Of a stretch of 64,000 nucleotides of DNA, positions 1 through 8,751 are shown piece by piece (the stretch's first letter is position 1; every line of letters begins with the position of its first letter). Below the pieces are notes generated by a model that saw nothing but the letters and a program-made list of their open reading frames with translations, was not told where the DNA came from and made no database searches. The stretch comes from Ignavibacteriota bacterium (lineage in GTDB: Bacteria > Bacteroidota > Ignavibacteria > UBA10030), in the NCBI GenBank assembly GCA_963701295.1, contig OY969585.1, positions 416,001-480,000 of the forward strand. The letters run 5' to 3'. Made by a program: the position numbers and the translations under genes.

Positions 1-574
1 ACACACGCCGGATTTCATCCTCACGCCCGATAACCGGATCGAGTTTTCCTTTGCGCGCCAAATCGTTCAGGTCGCGGCCAAAGCGTTGGAGCGATTGATA
101 TTTGTCCTCCGGTGTTTGGTCGGTTACACGCTGGCTGCCTCGAACTTCCTTGAGCGCTTTGTAAATGCCGTCTTTTGTCACGCCTTGATCGGCAAGAAGT
201 TTTCCAGCCGCCAACTGAGCTTGGAGCAGCGCCAACAGTAAATGTTCTGTGCTGATATATTCGTCTTTGAGCTGCTGCGCTTCTTGCTGTGCAGATTCAA
301 AGAGCCGGCCAAGGGCTGGAGAAAGATTTTGATTGCCAAGTCCGGAGCCCTGTACTTTGGGCAGCTTCTCAACTGCCTCATTAATTTTTATTTTCAGATA
401 GTTGACATTGGCGCCAAGCTTCTGAAGAAGCGGCACCACAACTCCTTCGCTATCCTGCACAAGCGCCGCGAGTAAATGTTCCGGCTCAATAATCTGATTG
501 CTATAGCTCGATGCAATTTCCTGTGCATTCTGCACAGCTTCTTGAGATTTAATTGTGAATTTATTGAAGTTCAT
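1..574 (-). CDS. clpB: ATP-dependent chaperone ClpB, N-terminal part (runs off window edge; absent from ORF track)
   Basis: Manual translation from ATG at 574: MNFNKFTIKSQEAVQNAQEIA...IEPEHLLAAL...DEYISTEHLLLAL...RDLNDLARKGKLDPVIGREDEIRRV, i.e. Clp N-domain repeats plus the start of AAA-1. GAGG RBS upstream. Confidence 0.95.
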   Translation of the reverse strand, partial: MNFNKFTIKSQEAVQNAQEIASSYSNQIIEPEHLLAALVQDSEGVVVPLLQKLGANVNYLKIKINEAVEKLPKVQGSGLGNQNLSPALGRLFESAQQEAQQLKDEYISTEHLLLALLQAQLAAGKLLADQGVTKDGIYKALKEVRGSQRVTDQTPEDKYQSLQRFGRDLNDLARKGKLDPVIGREDEIRRV

Positions 575-586
575 ATATTCCTCAGT

Positions 587-826
587 TTACAGAATTTTCT
601 TTTCCTTCCCACTCTCTTCCTCTTCCCACTTCTTTTCTGCCTGCATTTCAATTACAGTCTCGATGGCGTTTTGTTTTTCCTTTGACTGCATATCATGGAA
701 CGCCGCCATCGATGCAAAGCTGCCGGAACGTTGAATATTTTTTTCTCTTATAGCATAGATTATTCCAGCCAGCAAAAAAACTATAACACCGATGAATAAT
801 AAAAGCGCAATTGTTGAGTTGGACAT
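587..826 (-). CDS. Small single-pass membrane hypothetical protein (79 aa)
   Basis: N-terminal hydrophobic helix and charged C-terminus; stop 12 nt before the clpB start, same strand. Confidence 0.7.
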   Translation of the reverse strand: MSNSTIALLLFIGVIVFLLAGIIYAIREKNIQRSGSFASMAAFHDMQSKEKQNAIETVIEMQAEKKWEEEESGKEKKIL

Positions 827-893
827 GTCACATCCATCTTTCCTTCACGAACCCCCTCTTGGTCTCCACTTATGAGAGGGAGGAAGAGAAAAC

Positions 894-922
894 AAAAAAA
901 GGCGAGGATTTCCTCGCCTTTT
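894..922. terminator. Intrinsic terminator downstream of dnaK (possibly bidirectional)
   Basis: AAAAAAAGGCGAGG-ATTT-CCTCGCCTTTT hairpin with T-tracts on both strands. Confidence 0.8.
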
Positions 923-927
923 GAGAA

Positions 928-975
928 AACCTTACGAAGGTCTACTCGGAAAAACGTTGTAACCTTCGCAAGGTT
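928..975. repeat. REP-like inverted pair
   Basis: AACCTTACGAAGGT (928-941) and ACCTTCGCAAGGTT (962-975) are reverse complements with 1 mismatch, and each arm is itself palindromic. Confidence 0.55.
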
Positions 976-993
976 ATTGCAAAACGAGATCAG

Positions 994-2964
994 TTACTTA
1001 TCGTCCACTACCTCAAAGTCTGCATTCTCGACTTTCTTTCCGCCCTGATCACCGCTTGGTGGCTGCTGTTGCTGCTGTTCTCCACCCGGCTGTCCTCCGG
1101 GGAACGGCCCTTGCTGTGGTCCACCTGCACCCGGCGGTGGCTGCTGATTCTTTGCCGATTCGTACATTTTCGATGAGGCTTCGTTCCAAGCATTGTTCAA
1201 TGTTTCCATTTTCGCTTTGATCTCAGTTGCATTGTTCGTCTTAATCGCTTCCTCAAGTGCATTGGCGGCTGATTCTACCTTTGCTTTCGTGTCAGCCGAC
1301 ATCTTATCGGCAAGGTCTTTCAACTGTTTGCGTGTTTGGAAGACAAGATTATCTGCTTGGTTTTTTGTCTCTATTTCTTCTTTTCGTTTTTTATCTTCCG
1401 AAGCATGCGACTGCGCATCGTTCTTCATCTTTTCCACTTCTTCCTTACTCAATCCACTGGACGAAGTAATACGGATCGACTGTTCTTTGTTTGTCGCCTT
1501 GTCTTTTGCAGAAACGTGCAGCATACCGTTCGCATCGATATCGAATGTCACTTCAATTTGAGGAACGCCGCGTGGTGCCGGTGGAATTCCATCAAGATGG
1601 AAACGGCCCAATGTGCGATTATCCACTGCCAGCGGCCGTTCACCTTGAAGAACGTTAATCTCTACCGACGGCTGGCTATCGGACGCCGTAGAATAAATTT
1701 CGCTCTTCTTTGTTGGAATGGTCGTGTTTGCTTGAATCATGGGTGTCATTACACCGCCAAGTGTCTCAATACCGAGCGTCAACGGTGTAACATCCAGCAA
1801 GAGAACATCAGTCACATCACCGGAGAGCACTCCGCCTTGAATCGCCGCACCAACTGCGACGACTTCATCCGGATTCACTCCTTTATGTCCTTCTTTGCCA
1901 AAAAGATCATTCACAAGCTTCTGGACACGCGGCACGCGCGTCATACCGCCAACGAGAATGATTTCATCAATTTGATTCGGCATCACATTGGCATCTTTAA
2001 GAGTCTTCTCAACTGGTGGAACGCACCGTTGAACCAGATCTTCCACAAGCTGCTCGAACTTTGCGCGGGTGAGTGTCATATTTAAGTGTTTCGGACCATC
2101 CGCTGTGGCAGTGATGAACGGCAAGTTGATTTCCGTTTGCATCAATTGTGAAAGTTCCATCTTCGCCTTTTCTGCCGCTTCACGCAATCGCTGGAGCGCC
2201 ATCGGATCTTTGCGTAAATCAATCCCTTCCGTTTTCTTGAACTCATCGGCTATATATTCCAAAACACGCATATCGAAATTATCGCCACCAAGATGTGTAT
2301 CGCCGTTTGTGGACTTCACTTCGAAAACACCGTCGCCGAGTTCAAGAACAGAAATATCAAAAGTACCGCCACCGAGATCGAATACGGCGACTTTCGAATC
2401 TTTGTGCTTCTTATCGAGACCGTAGGCAAGCGCTGCTGCTGTTGGTTCGTTGATAATACGTCGAACGTTAAGTCCGGCAACCTCACCCGCTTCTTTCGTT
2501 GCCTGACGCTGTGCATCGTTAAAATATGCCGGTACTGTGATAACCGCTTCTGTGATCTTTGTACCAAGATAATCTTCTGCCGTCTGTTTCATTTTTTGAA
2601 GAATCATTGCAGAAATTTCCGGGGGTGAATAGACACGGTCGCCAATTTGTACACGGGCTGTGTTATTATCACCTTGAACAACTTTGTAAGGAACAAGCTT
2701 CATCTCTTCGTTCACTTCGTTAAAGAAACGTCCCATAAATCGCTTGATAGAGAATACGGTATTTTGCGAGTTTGTTACCGCCTGCCGTTTCGCAGCCGCG
2801 CCGATAAGCCGCTCTCCTGACTTCGGAAATCCAACGACCGATGGAGTTGTGCGCGCACCTTCGATATTGGCGATCACAACAGGATCATTTCCTTCCATCA
2901 CTGCTACGACCGAGTTGGTGGTTCCAAGGTCGATGCCGATAATTTTTCCTGAATTTGCTGACAT
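994..2964 (-). CDS. dnaK: Molecular chaperone DnaK (Hsp70)
   Basis: [49 protein letters not shown] motifs; ADFEVVD tail. Confidence 0.99.
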   Translation of the reverse strand: MSANSGKIIGIDLGTTNSVVAVMEGNDPVVIANIEGARTTPSVVGFPKSGERLIGAAAKRQAVTNSQNTVFSIKRFMGRFFNEVNEEMKLVPYKVVQGDNNTARVQIGDRVYSPPEISAMILQKMKQTAEDYLGTKITEAVITVPAYFNDAQRQATKEAGEVAGLNVRRIINEPTAAALAYGLDKKHKDSKVAVFDLGGGTFDISVLELGDGVFEVKSTNGDTHLGGDNFDMRVLEYIADEFKKTEGIDLRKDPMALQRLREAAEKAKMELSQLMQTEINLPFITATADGPKHLNMTLTRAKFEQLVEDLVQRCVPPVEKTLKDANVMPNQIDEIILVGGMTRVPRVQKLVNDLFGKEGHKGVNPDEVVAVGAAIQGGVLSGDVTDVLLLDVTPLTLGIETLGGVMTPMIQANTTIPTKKSEIYSTASDSQPSVEINVLQGERPLAVDNRTLGRFHLDGIPPAPRGVPQIEVTFDIDANGMLHVSAKDKATNKEQSIRITSSSGLSKEEVEKMKNDAQSHASEDKKRKEEIETKNQADNLVFQTRKQLKDLADKMSADTKAKVESAANALEEAIKTNNATEIKAKMETLNNAWNEASSKMYESAKNQQPPPGAGGPQQGPFPGGQPGGEQQQQQPPSGDQGGKKVENADFEVVDDK

Positions 2965-3049
2965 TGCTATTTATCCTTTCTTTTTTGCGGTTTGTACCGC
3001 TGATTGGTGGTTTTGTACTTCCAGTATTTTGTTCTTCTCAGTCTCGCAT

Positions 3050-3082
3050 TGAATATTATATTCACTACTTGACTCGGACCAA
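3050..3082 (-). promoter_or_regulatory. Putative dnaK promoter with overlapping palindrome
   Basis: Minus strand TTGGTC-N16-TATAAT; perfect 7-1-7 palindrome TGAATAT-T-ATATTCA (3050-3064) covers the -10. Confidence 0.45.
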
Positions 3083-3094
3083 CAAAAATTACTT

Positions 3095-3129
3095 AAGAAA
3101 AGATTGGACCATCCCACCAGATGGTCCAA
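3095..3129 (-). terminator. Intrinsic terminator after the hsp20 pair
   Basis: TTGGACCATC-N6-GATGGTCCAA 10 bp stem followed by TCTTTTCTT on the minus strand. Confidence 0.7.
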
Positions 3130-3171
3130 CCCATTATGGTACGGACATATCGCGATTGGCCCGTACAAAGA

Positions 3172-3639
3172 TTATTTCACCTTTACTTCGATCTGCTTCG
3201 GCTTTGCTTCCTCTGCCTTCGGTAAACTGATATTCAGAATGCCGTCTTTGAATGAAGCATCGATCTTATCATTCTTCACGGTGTTCGGCAGCGTGAAAGA
3301 ACGCTGGAATGAACCGTACGACCGCTCAACGCGGTGATAGTTCTCCTTCTTTGTTTCTTTCTCCTGCTTCTTCTCACCGCGAATCGTAAGAATATTTGAT
3401 TCGAGCGTTATTTTCACTTCTTCTTTACTGACGCCCGGTAATTCCATTTTGACGACATATTGATCGTCGTGTTCGGCGATATCAACTGCGGGCGACCATG
3501 CCGTAAGAGCATAATCTTCATTGCGGTCTGTACCGTCGAAAAAATTATCGAACATCCTGTTCATTTCCCTCTGCATCCCGAAGAGGTTAGAGGGCCATGC
3601 CGCGAGATCGTGGGCTGGATTCCATCGAACGAGTGACAT
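3172..3639 (-). CDS. Hsp20/alpha-crystallin small heat shock protein
   Basis: WSPAVDI, ELPGV, ERSYGSFQRSFTLP, ASFKDGILNISLPK, IEV tail. Confidence 0.97.
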   Translation of the reverse strand: MSLVRWNPAHDLAAWPSNLFGMQREMNRMFDNFFDGTDRNEDYALTAWSPAVDIAEHDDQYVVKMELPGVSKEEVKITLESNILTIRGEKKQEKETKKENYHRVERSYGSFQRSFTLPNTVKNDKIDASFKDGILNISLPKAEEAKPKQIEVKVK

Positions 3640-3663
3640 AGGTCTTTCCTCCTTTAAATTTAT

Positions 3664-4068
3664 TTAGTTAATAGAGATTTCCTTTGCCTTCACTGCTTCT
3701 GTTTTCGGCAAAGTTATCGTTAAAACACCATTGCTCATTTCTGCTGAAATCTTGGCCGCATCGACTTGAATTCCGAACTTCACAGAGCGGTTAAAACCCG
3801 GGTTCCGGATTTCTTTCAGCAGAACGGACGCCTTTTCTGAAACCTCGGCAGGTTTCTGTTCGCTGCTGAGAGTCAGAATATTATTTTCAAAAGTGATTTT
3901 AACATCTTCCTTCTTGACGCCGGGTAATTCTGCATTCACAACGATCTCGTTTTCTTGTTCAACGATATCCAGAGCCGGTACCGTGCAGCGGCCTGGCAGC
4001 ACATCGGATGAAAAGAAATTTTCGATGAGATGATCGTAGGTTCTTGGTGAATCGAATCGTACTAACAT
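3664..4068 (-). CDS. Hsp20/alpha-crystallin small heat shock protein (second, divergent paralog)
   Basis: PALDI, AELPGV, FNRS, AEMSNGVLTITLPK, ISI tail. Confidence 0.95.
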   Translation of the reverse strand: MLVRFDSPRTYDHLIENFFSSDVLPGRCTVPALDIVEQENEIVVNAELPGVKKEDVKITFENNILTLSSEQKPAEVSEKASVLLKEIRNPGFNRSVKFGIQVDAAKISAEMSNGVLTITLPKTEAVKAKEISIN

Positions 4069-4116
4069 GGTTGCATCTCCTTTTTTGATTTTTATTTGTG
4101 ATCTGCTATATCTATG

Positions 4117-4131
4117 TCAAGCGGCGTGCCA
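4117..4131 (-). promoter_or_regulatory. Sigma54-type -24/-12 promoter candidate
   Basis: Minus strand TGGCAC-GCCGC-TTGA versus consensus TGGCAC-N5-TTGC, about 50 nt upstream of the hsp20 ATG. Confidence 0.6.
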
Positions 4132-4464
4132 GGTAGAAAAGTGCGGAATATGGTTGATTTTTAAAGATTGGAAAAAGCTGCCCCGGCATTCTGGCAGTTT
4201 GCCTGCCAATGTTTCCGATTGTGCAATCATGGTGTGGCAGGATATTAGGAAGAAACGGCAGAGCGAAAGAAAAAGAAGACAGAAGAATGCCTCACAAGAG
4301 GCGATGAATGAAAGATTAATGCTTGGCAATCTCTGAAATGCCTTTTCCAATCTTTCGGACGAAGCGGAGAAGAAGAAGAAATAATTGGAACACGCACAAG
4401 CAAGGTTCACCGATAGGTTCGTTCAACTGAACGTCCTACAACATATTACGCCTCAACATCTGCA

Positions 4465-4607
4465 CGGCAGTGTCTCAGTTTAGTGCGGTCAGGACTTGCT
4501 TGCCCCCTATCTTGTTGGGTGGGCGTCCTGATCGATACTGTTGAATGTCAGGAATCCCGCTTTGCGGGAACATCACTAACTAATTATGTTAAATTAAGAC
4601 ACTACCG
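4465..4607. mobile_element. MITE-like non-autonomous element (~143 bp)
   Basis: Terminal inverted repeats CGGCAGTGTCTCAGTTTA / TAAATTAAGACACTACCG (15/18 match); internal hairpins such as TCCCGC-TTT-GCGGGA; no ORF; no target duplication seen. Confidence 0.5.
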
Positions 4608-4671
4608 TTCACCTTGCATTTCATACGCTTTTTAGCGTATCTTTTCTATCACCTTTTGTCAGGGAACCATT

Positions 4672-6234
4672 ATGCGTCGGTTGTTTTTACTTCTGCCATT
4701 ATTCTCTGTACTCGTATACGCACAAGCCATCGACCCGGCATCGAAGATCGGTTATACATCCATCAATGCCGCCAACCTTAAAGCAAACCTAACCATCCTC
4801 GCATCCGATAGTCTTGAAGGGCGTGAAACTTCCTACCCGGGTCAGAAGAAAGCTGCGCAATATATTGTCGGAATTTTTAAGAAACTCAATCTGCAACCTA
4901 TTGGTGATAACGGGACGTTTTTCCAACATTTTGATGTTGAGATATCACGTGTTCATCCAGAGACAAAGATCGTTATAGAAACCGGCAGAATGAAGAAAAG
5001 TTACATATGGGGAACAGATTTCATATCAGAAGGAGCAAGAGATACAACGGTAACCGGTCCTGCAGCATTTGTGGGATTCACAGATACAGAGTTAGATTCT
5101 ACCGCTCAAACGAAACTTACCGGACGAGTCTTATTCGCCTTTATCGGCAAGAAGGATTATGCCAATGATTCGACAAAGGCAATAACGTTACGGCGACTTT
5201 ACTCGAATCGCCGCGATGCCGGAGCGCTTGCTGCGCTGATGATCCCGGATGAAGAGGGGCCCGCCGTATTCCAACAAGCACTGCAAATGATGCGCGACTA
5301 TGGCTTAGATAAAGGATTTATGCGGATGAAAAGTAATATGCCGCAAGTGAAGCAGTCCAATATTCATTTTCTTGTATCGCGGGCTTTGGCGGAAGAAGTG
5401 CTGAGATCATCGGGTAGATCACTCAAACAGCTGAGAAATGAAGCGCTGCAAGATCAGAAATTCACGCCGATCCTCATCGACGATGCGACCATAACTATTG
5501 ATGCAAAGGTTATTCATGAAACGAAACAAACAGAAAATGTGCTAGGTCTCCTGCCCGGAAGCGATCCTGTTCTCAAAGCACAGGTTGTTGCTTTTACTGC
5601 TCACTATGATCATTTAGGAAAGACTCAGGATGGCGTTATTTATCACGGTGCAGATGATGATGGCAGCGGGACAACTGCTATTCTGGAACTTGCGGAGGCA
5701 TTTGTTAAAAACCCCGTGAAACCAAAGCGCAGCCTTCTTTTTATGACAGTCACCGGTGAAGAGAAAGGATTGTTCGGTTCGCAGTATTACGTGGACAATC
5801 CCGCAATTCCTCTTGATCAGACAATTGCCGACCTGAATATGGATATGATTGGGCGTATCGATATGCTACACGAGTCACACAAAGATACTAATTATATATA
5901 CGTTATTGGTTCTGATAAGATAAGTTTTGAACTCGATAGTTTGCTTCACGTTGCGAACGCAGAATCGGGACAATTGACGCTTGATTATAAATATAATGAC
6001 GAACAAGATCCTGAACGATTCTATTACCGGAGTGATCATTATAATTTTGCAAAGAATGGAGTACCAATCGTTTTTTTCTTCGATGGCATCCATGCCGATT
6101 ATCACAAACCAACTGACACCGTCGATAAGATCCTCTTTGAACGAATGGGAAAGATATGTCGAATGATTTATAATCTTGGATGGAAACTCGGGAATTTTAA
6201 CCGGCTGCTTATAAAAAAATCTTGCCAAGAATAG
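4672..6234 (+). CDS. M28 family metallopeptidase with signal peptide and PA-like insert
   Basis: TAHYDHLG, GADDDGSGT, GEEKGLFGS, LNMDMIGR, RSDH, YHKPTD motifs. Confidence 0.93.
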   Translation: MRRLFLLLPLFSVLVYAQAIDPASKIGYTSINAANLKANLTILASDSLEGRETSYPGQKKAAQYIVGIFKKLNLQPIGDNGTFFQHFDVEISRVHPETKIVIETGRMKKSYIWGTDFISEGARDTTVTGPAAFVGFTDTELDSTAQTKLTGRVLFAFIGKKDYANDSTKAITLRRLYSNRRDAGALAALMIPDEEGPAVFQQALQMMRDYGLDKGFMRMKSNMPQVKQSNIHFLVSRALAEEVLRSSGRSLKQLRNEALQDQKFTPILIDDATITIDAKVIHETKQTENVLGLLPGSDPVLKAQVVAFTAHYDHLGKTQDGVIYHGADDDGSGTTAILELAEAFVKNPVKPKRSLLFMTVTGEEKGLFGSQYYVDNPAIPLDQTIADLNMDMIGRIDMLHESHKDTNYIYVIGSDKISFELDSLLHVANAESGQLTLDYKYNDEQDPERFYYRSDHYNFAKNGVPIVFFFDGIHADYHKPTDTVDKILFERMGKICRMIYNLGWKLGNFNRLLIKKSCQE

Positions 6235-6246
6235 GATATCGCACGA

Positions 6247-7029
6247 ATGTATTCCAAGGAAGAGCTTCAAAGCGGACTGAACACACGCATCTTTGGAAAA
6301 AAGATATTCATGTATGACTCCATCGATTCAACCAACGCTTGCGCAAAAACACTTGCAAGTACCGGTGCTGAGGAAGGAACCGTGATCATAGCTGAATATC
6401 AGACAACGGGACGCGGTCGGCTTGGAAGAACATGGCAGGCGGAATCCGGAAGCAACTTATTGTTCTCTACAATCATCCGCCCGACGCTAGAAATCAACAA
6501 GATTGGGTTACTTCCATTTTTTGCTGCCGCAGGAGTTGCACTTGCCCTTGAGACTGTTACCGGTGCACTCTGCGAATGTAAATGGCCGAACGATGTGCTC
6601 TTGAATGGGAAGAAGTGTTGCGGCATTCTCTTAGAAAGTTCTTTCCAACACAATGCACTCGACTATGCGGTTATGGGTATAGGATTAAACGTCAATCAGG
6701 AAGTATTCGGCGGGGATCTCAAAGACCGGGCAACATCACTCAGTCAAGAATACGGCAGGGAATTTGACCGAAGGAAAATATTTCAGCAGATCATGAAATC
6801 ATTAGAACTACTTTATGCGGAAGTAAAAACAGGCAAGTTCGAGGTAACACTTCATGAATGGAAAGCACGAACGAAAATGTTCGGAAAACAGGTTACGCTT
6901 ACTCAGGCAGGCGAGCACCTACACGGGCGTGCAATTAATCTTTCCGCTGATGGAGGACTGATTCTTGATACACCCGATGGTCAGCGAGTGTGTTATGCCG
7001 GTGATGTAACTTTCACAATACAAATTTAA
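6247..7029 (+). CDS. birA: Biotin--[acetyl-CoA-carboxylase] ligase (no N-terminal HTH)
   Basis: DSTN, QTTGRGRLGRTW, KWPNDV, KCCGILLE motifs. Confidence 0.95.
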   Translation: MYSKEELQSGLNTRIFGKKIFMYDSIDSTNACAKTLASTGAEEGTVIIAEYQTTGRGRLGRTWQAESGSNLLFSTIIRPTLEINKIGLLPFFAAAGVALALETVTGALCECKWPNDVLLNGKKCCGILLESSFQHNALDYAVMGIGLNVNQEVFGGDLKDRATSLSQEYGREFDRRKIFQQIMKSLELLYAEVKTGKFEVTLHEWKARTKMFGKQVTLTQAGEHLHGRAINLSADGGLILDTPDGQRVCYAGDVTFTIQI

Positions 7030-7062
7030 AAAATATATTCAAAGGAAAATGGGAAAAACAAT

Positions 7063-7860
7063 ATGTTCATCGCAATTGATATCGGGAATACACACACGGT
7101 CATCGGTGTTTACAAAGAAGAGACACTTAAAGCTGATTTGCGCATTCCGAGTACATTCCAACAAACAGAGGATGAGATTGGCGTACAAGTGTTCACTTTG
7201 CTTACGGGAAATAAAATCGGCATGGAGAATATCGACGGCGTTGGTATCTCATCAGTCGTACCCAATCTCACTGATATCTATACCTCTCTGTCCAATAAGT
7301 TATTTCATCAGGAACCACTGATCGTGAGTGCAAATTTAAATTTAGGAATAACGATTCATTATAATGATCCGAAGTCCATTGGCGCCGACAGGCTCTGCAA
7401 CGCTATTGCCGGGTATACAAAGTACGGCGGACCGCTCATCATTATTGATTTCGGAACAGCAACAACATACAACATTGTGGCATCAAACGGTGATTATCTT
7501 GGTGGTGTCATTGCTCCCGGCATTGAAACATCAGCTGTAGATTTGCACAAACGAACAGCAAGATTACCAAAGGTCGACCTGTATCTTCCAGATAGTATTA
7601 TCGGTACCGATACTGTGAGCAGTATGCAGACAGGAATCCTCTGGGGTGCGGTCGATGCAATGACAGGCATGGTACATCGTATACAAAGCGAATTGCAGCA
7701 GATTGAAGCGAAGAAAGCTTTGGTAATCGCTACAGGCGGTTTTTCAAAATTTGTTGCAGACCATTCACAGCTCATTCAGCACGTGGAAACATCTCTTGTA
7801 CTAGAAGGAATTTGTTTAATATACGATCGAGTCCATCGCAAAGGGAAAAAACCTGCATAA
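7063..7860 (+). CDS. coaX: Type III pantothenate kinase
   Basis: IDIGNT, SSVVP, GADR, DFGTATT, GGVIAPG, ATGG motifs; typical birA-coaX order. Confidence 0.95.
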   Translation: MFIAIDIGNTHTVIGVYKEETLKADLRIPSTFQQTEDEIGVQVFTLLTGNKIGMENIDGVGISSVVPNLTDIYTSLSNKLFHQEPLIVSANLNLGITIHYNDPKSIGADRLCNAIAGYTKYGGPLIIIDFGTATTYNIVASNGDYLGGVIAPGIETSAVDLHKRTARLPKVDLYLPDSIIGTDTVSSMQTGILWGAVDAMTGMVHRIQSELQQIEAKKALVIATGGFSKFVADHSQLIQHVETSLVLEGICLIYDRVHRKGKKPA

Positions 7861-7861
7861 A

Positions 7862-8620
7862 TCAGACCGACGCGACCTTCTCTTCAATTTCCTGTTTTAG
7901 GCGATCGAGTTCCCGTGCTTCTGCATGGTGAGCATACAGCATTCGATATAACCCAAGCAATCCACGTACGGAAGTCTCTAAGGTTACTGCTTCATGTTGA
8001 ATTTGGTTTAAAAGATCGCGCAGTTGCTCGCGTTGCGGCGAAGGCAAATGTGTACAAAGCTCTTCACCCTGCGTTTCGATATTTCCATTAATATTGGCAA
8101 GAGCCGAGTTGAGCGTGGGTGTTATAGCATTAAGGACATCGCGTACTTTATCTGTCGCCAGCTTGTTCAATTTGATTTCCCGCGCATGCTCTTCTTCAAA
8201 GGATTGTGTAACGCGGAATCGGTGACGTTCAATCGTTGCATTGATGACAACGCCGAGGTGTGTGAGATCGAGTTGTTCTTTCCGAACGTAATCATATGCA
8301 CCAAGTTTCATCGCATCAACAGCAACAATATCCGATCCTACAGCCGTTAACATAACTACTGGTGTTTCAATATGATTATCATACATCCACTGTAAAAGGT
8401 CAAGCCCGTTCATCTCCGGCATATAGTAATCGGTGAGGATGATATCAAAATGGGAACTGCTGTTTTCAAGGAATTCCTTCGCCTGACGACCGCTTCGTGC
8501 GATAGTTACGCGATGTTGTAATTCATCTTGGAGTTGACCTGCGACAATGTCTGCAAAGAATTCGTCATCATCGACAAGAAGAATGTCTAGAGTTTGCTGG
8601 TCCAATGATTTCTCCCACAT
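7862..8620 (-). CDS. Response regulator receiver protein with helical, HisKA-like C-terminal region
   Basis: LLVDDD, DYYMPEMNG, MLTA, GAYDYVRK receiver motifs. Confidence 0.85.
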   Translation of the reverse strand: MWEKSLDQQTLDILLVDDDEFFADIVAGQLQDELQHRVTIARSGRQAKEFLENSSSHFDIILTDYYMPEMNGLDLLQWMYDNHIETPVVMLTAVGSDIVAVDAMKLGAYDYVRKEQLDLTHLGVVINATIERHRFRVTQSFEEEHAREIKLNKLATDKVRDVLNAITPTLNSALANINGNIETQGEELCTHLPSPQREQLRDLLNQIQHEAVTLETSVRGLLGLYRMLYAHHAEARELDRLKQEIEEKVASV

Positions 8621-8695
8621 GAAGATTTCGACGTTTTCAATCGTCGCTAATCTAATGAAATCTCAACACACAAACAAATATCCTGTGTCACAAAA

Positions 8696-8731
8696 CACAA
8701 ACGCCTCTCCAAAACAATGAGAGGCGTTCGT
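8696..8731 (-). terminator. Terminator of the nuo operon
   Basis: AACGCCTCTC-N9-GAGAGGCGTT stem about 20 nt after the nuoN stop, followed by TGTGTTTTG on the minus strand. Confidence 0.65.
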
Positions 8732-8751
8732 AATAGAAAAATTATCGAAAT

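Noticed and set aside
3069-3098. HAIR-like (HspR) half-sites CTTAAGT...AGTCAAG upstream of dnaK
   Set aside because: Spacer is 16 nt rather than 7 and both halves are mismatched.
178-3337. Long antisense and alternate-frame ORFs over clpB, dnaK and hsp20 (e.g. 1336-2085 +)
   Set aside because: Shadow ORFs of conserved genes; no motifs of their own.
4067-4410. ORFs 4067-4336 (+) and 4117-4410 (-)
   Set aside because: They overlap the promoter region, are low complexity and show no family motifs.
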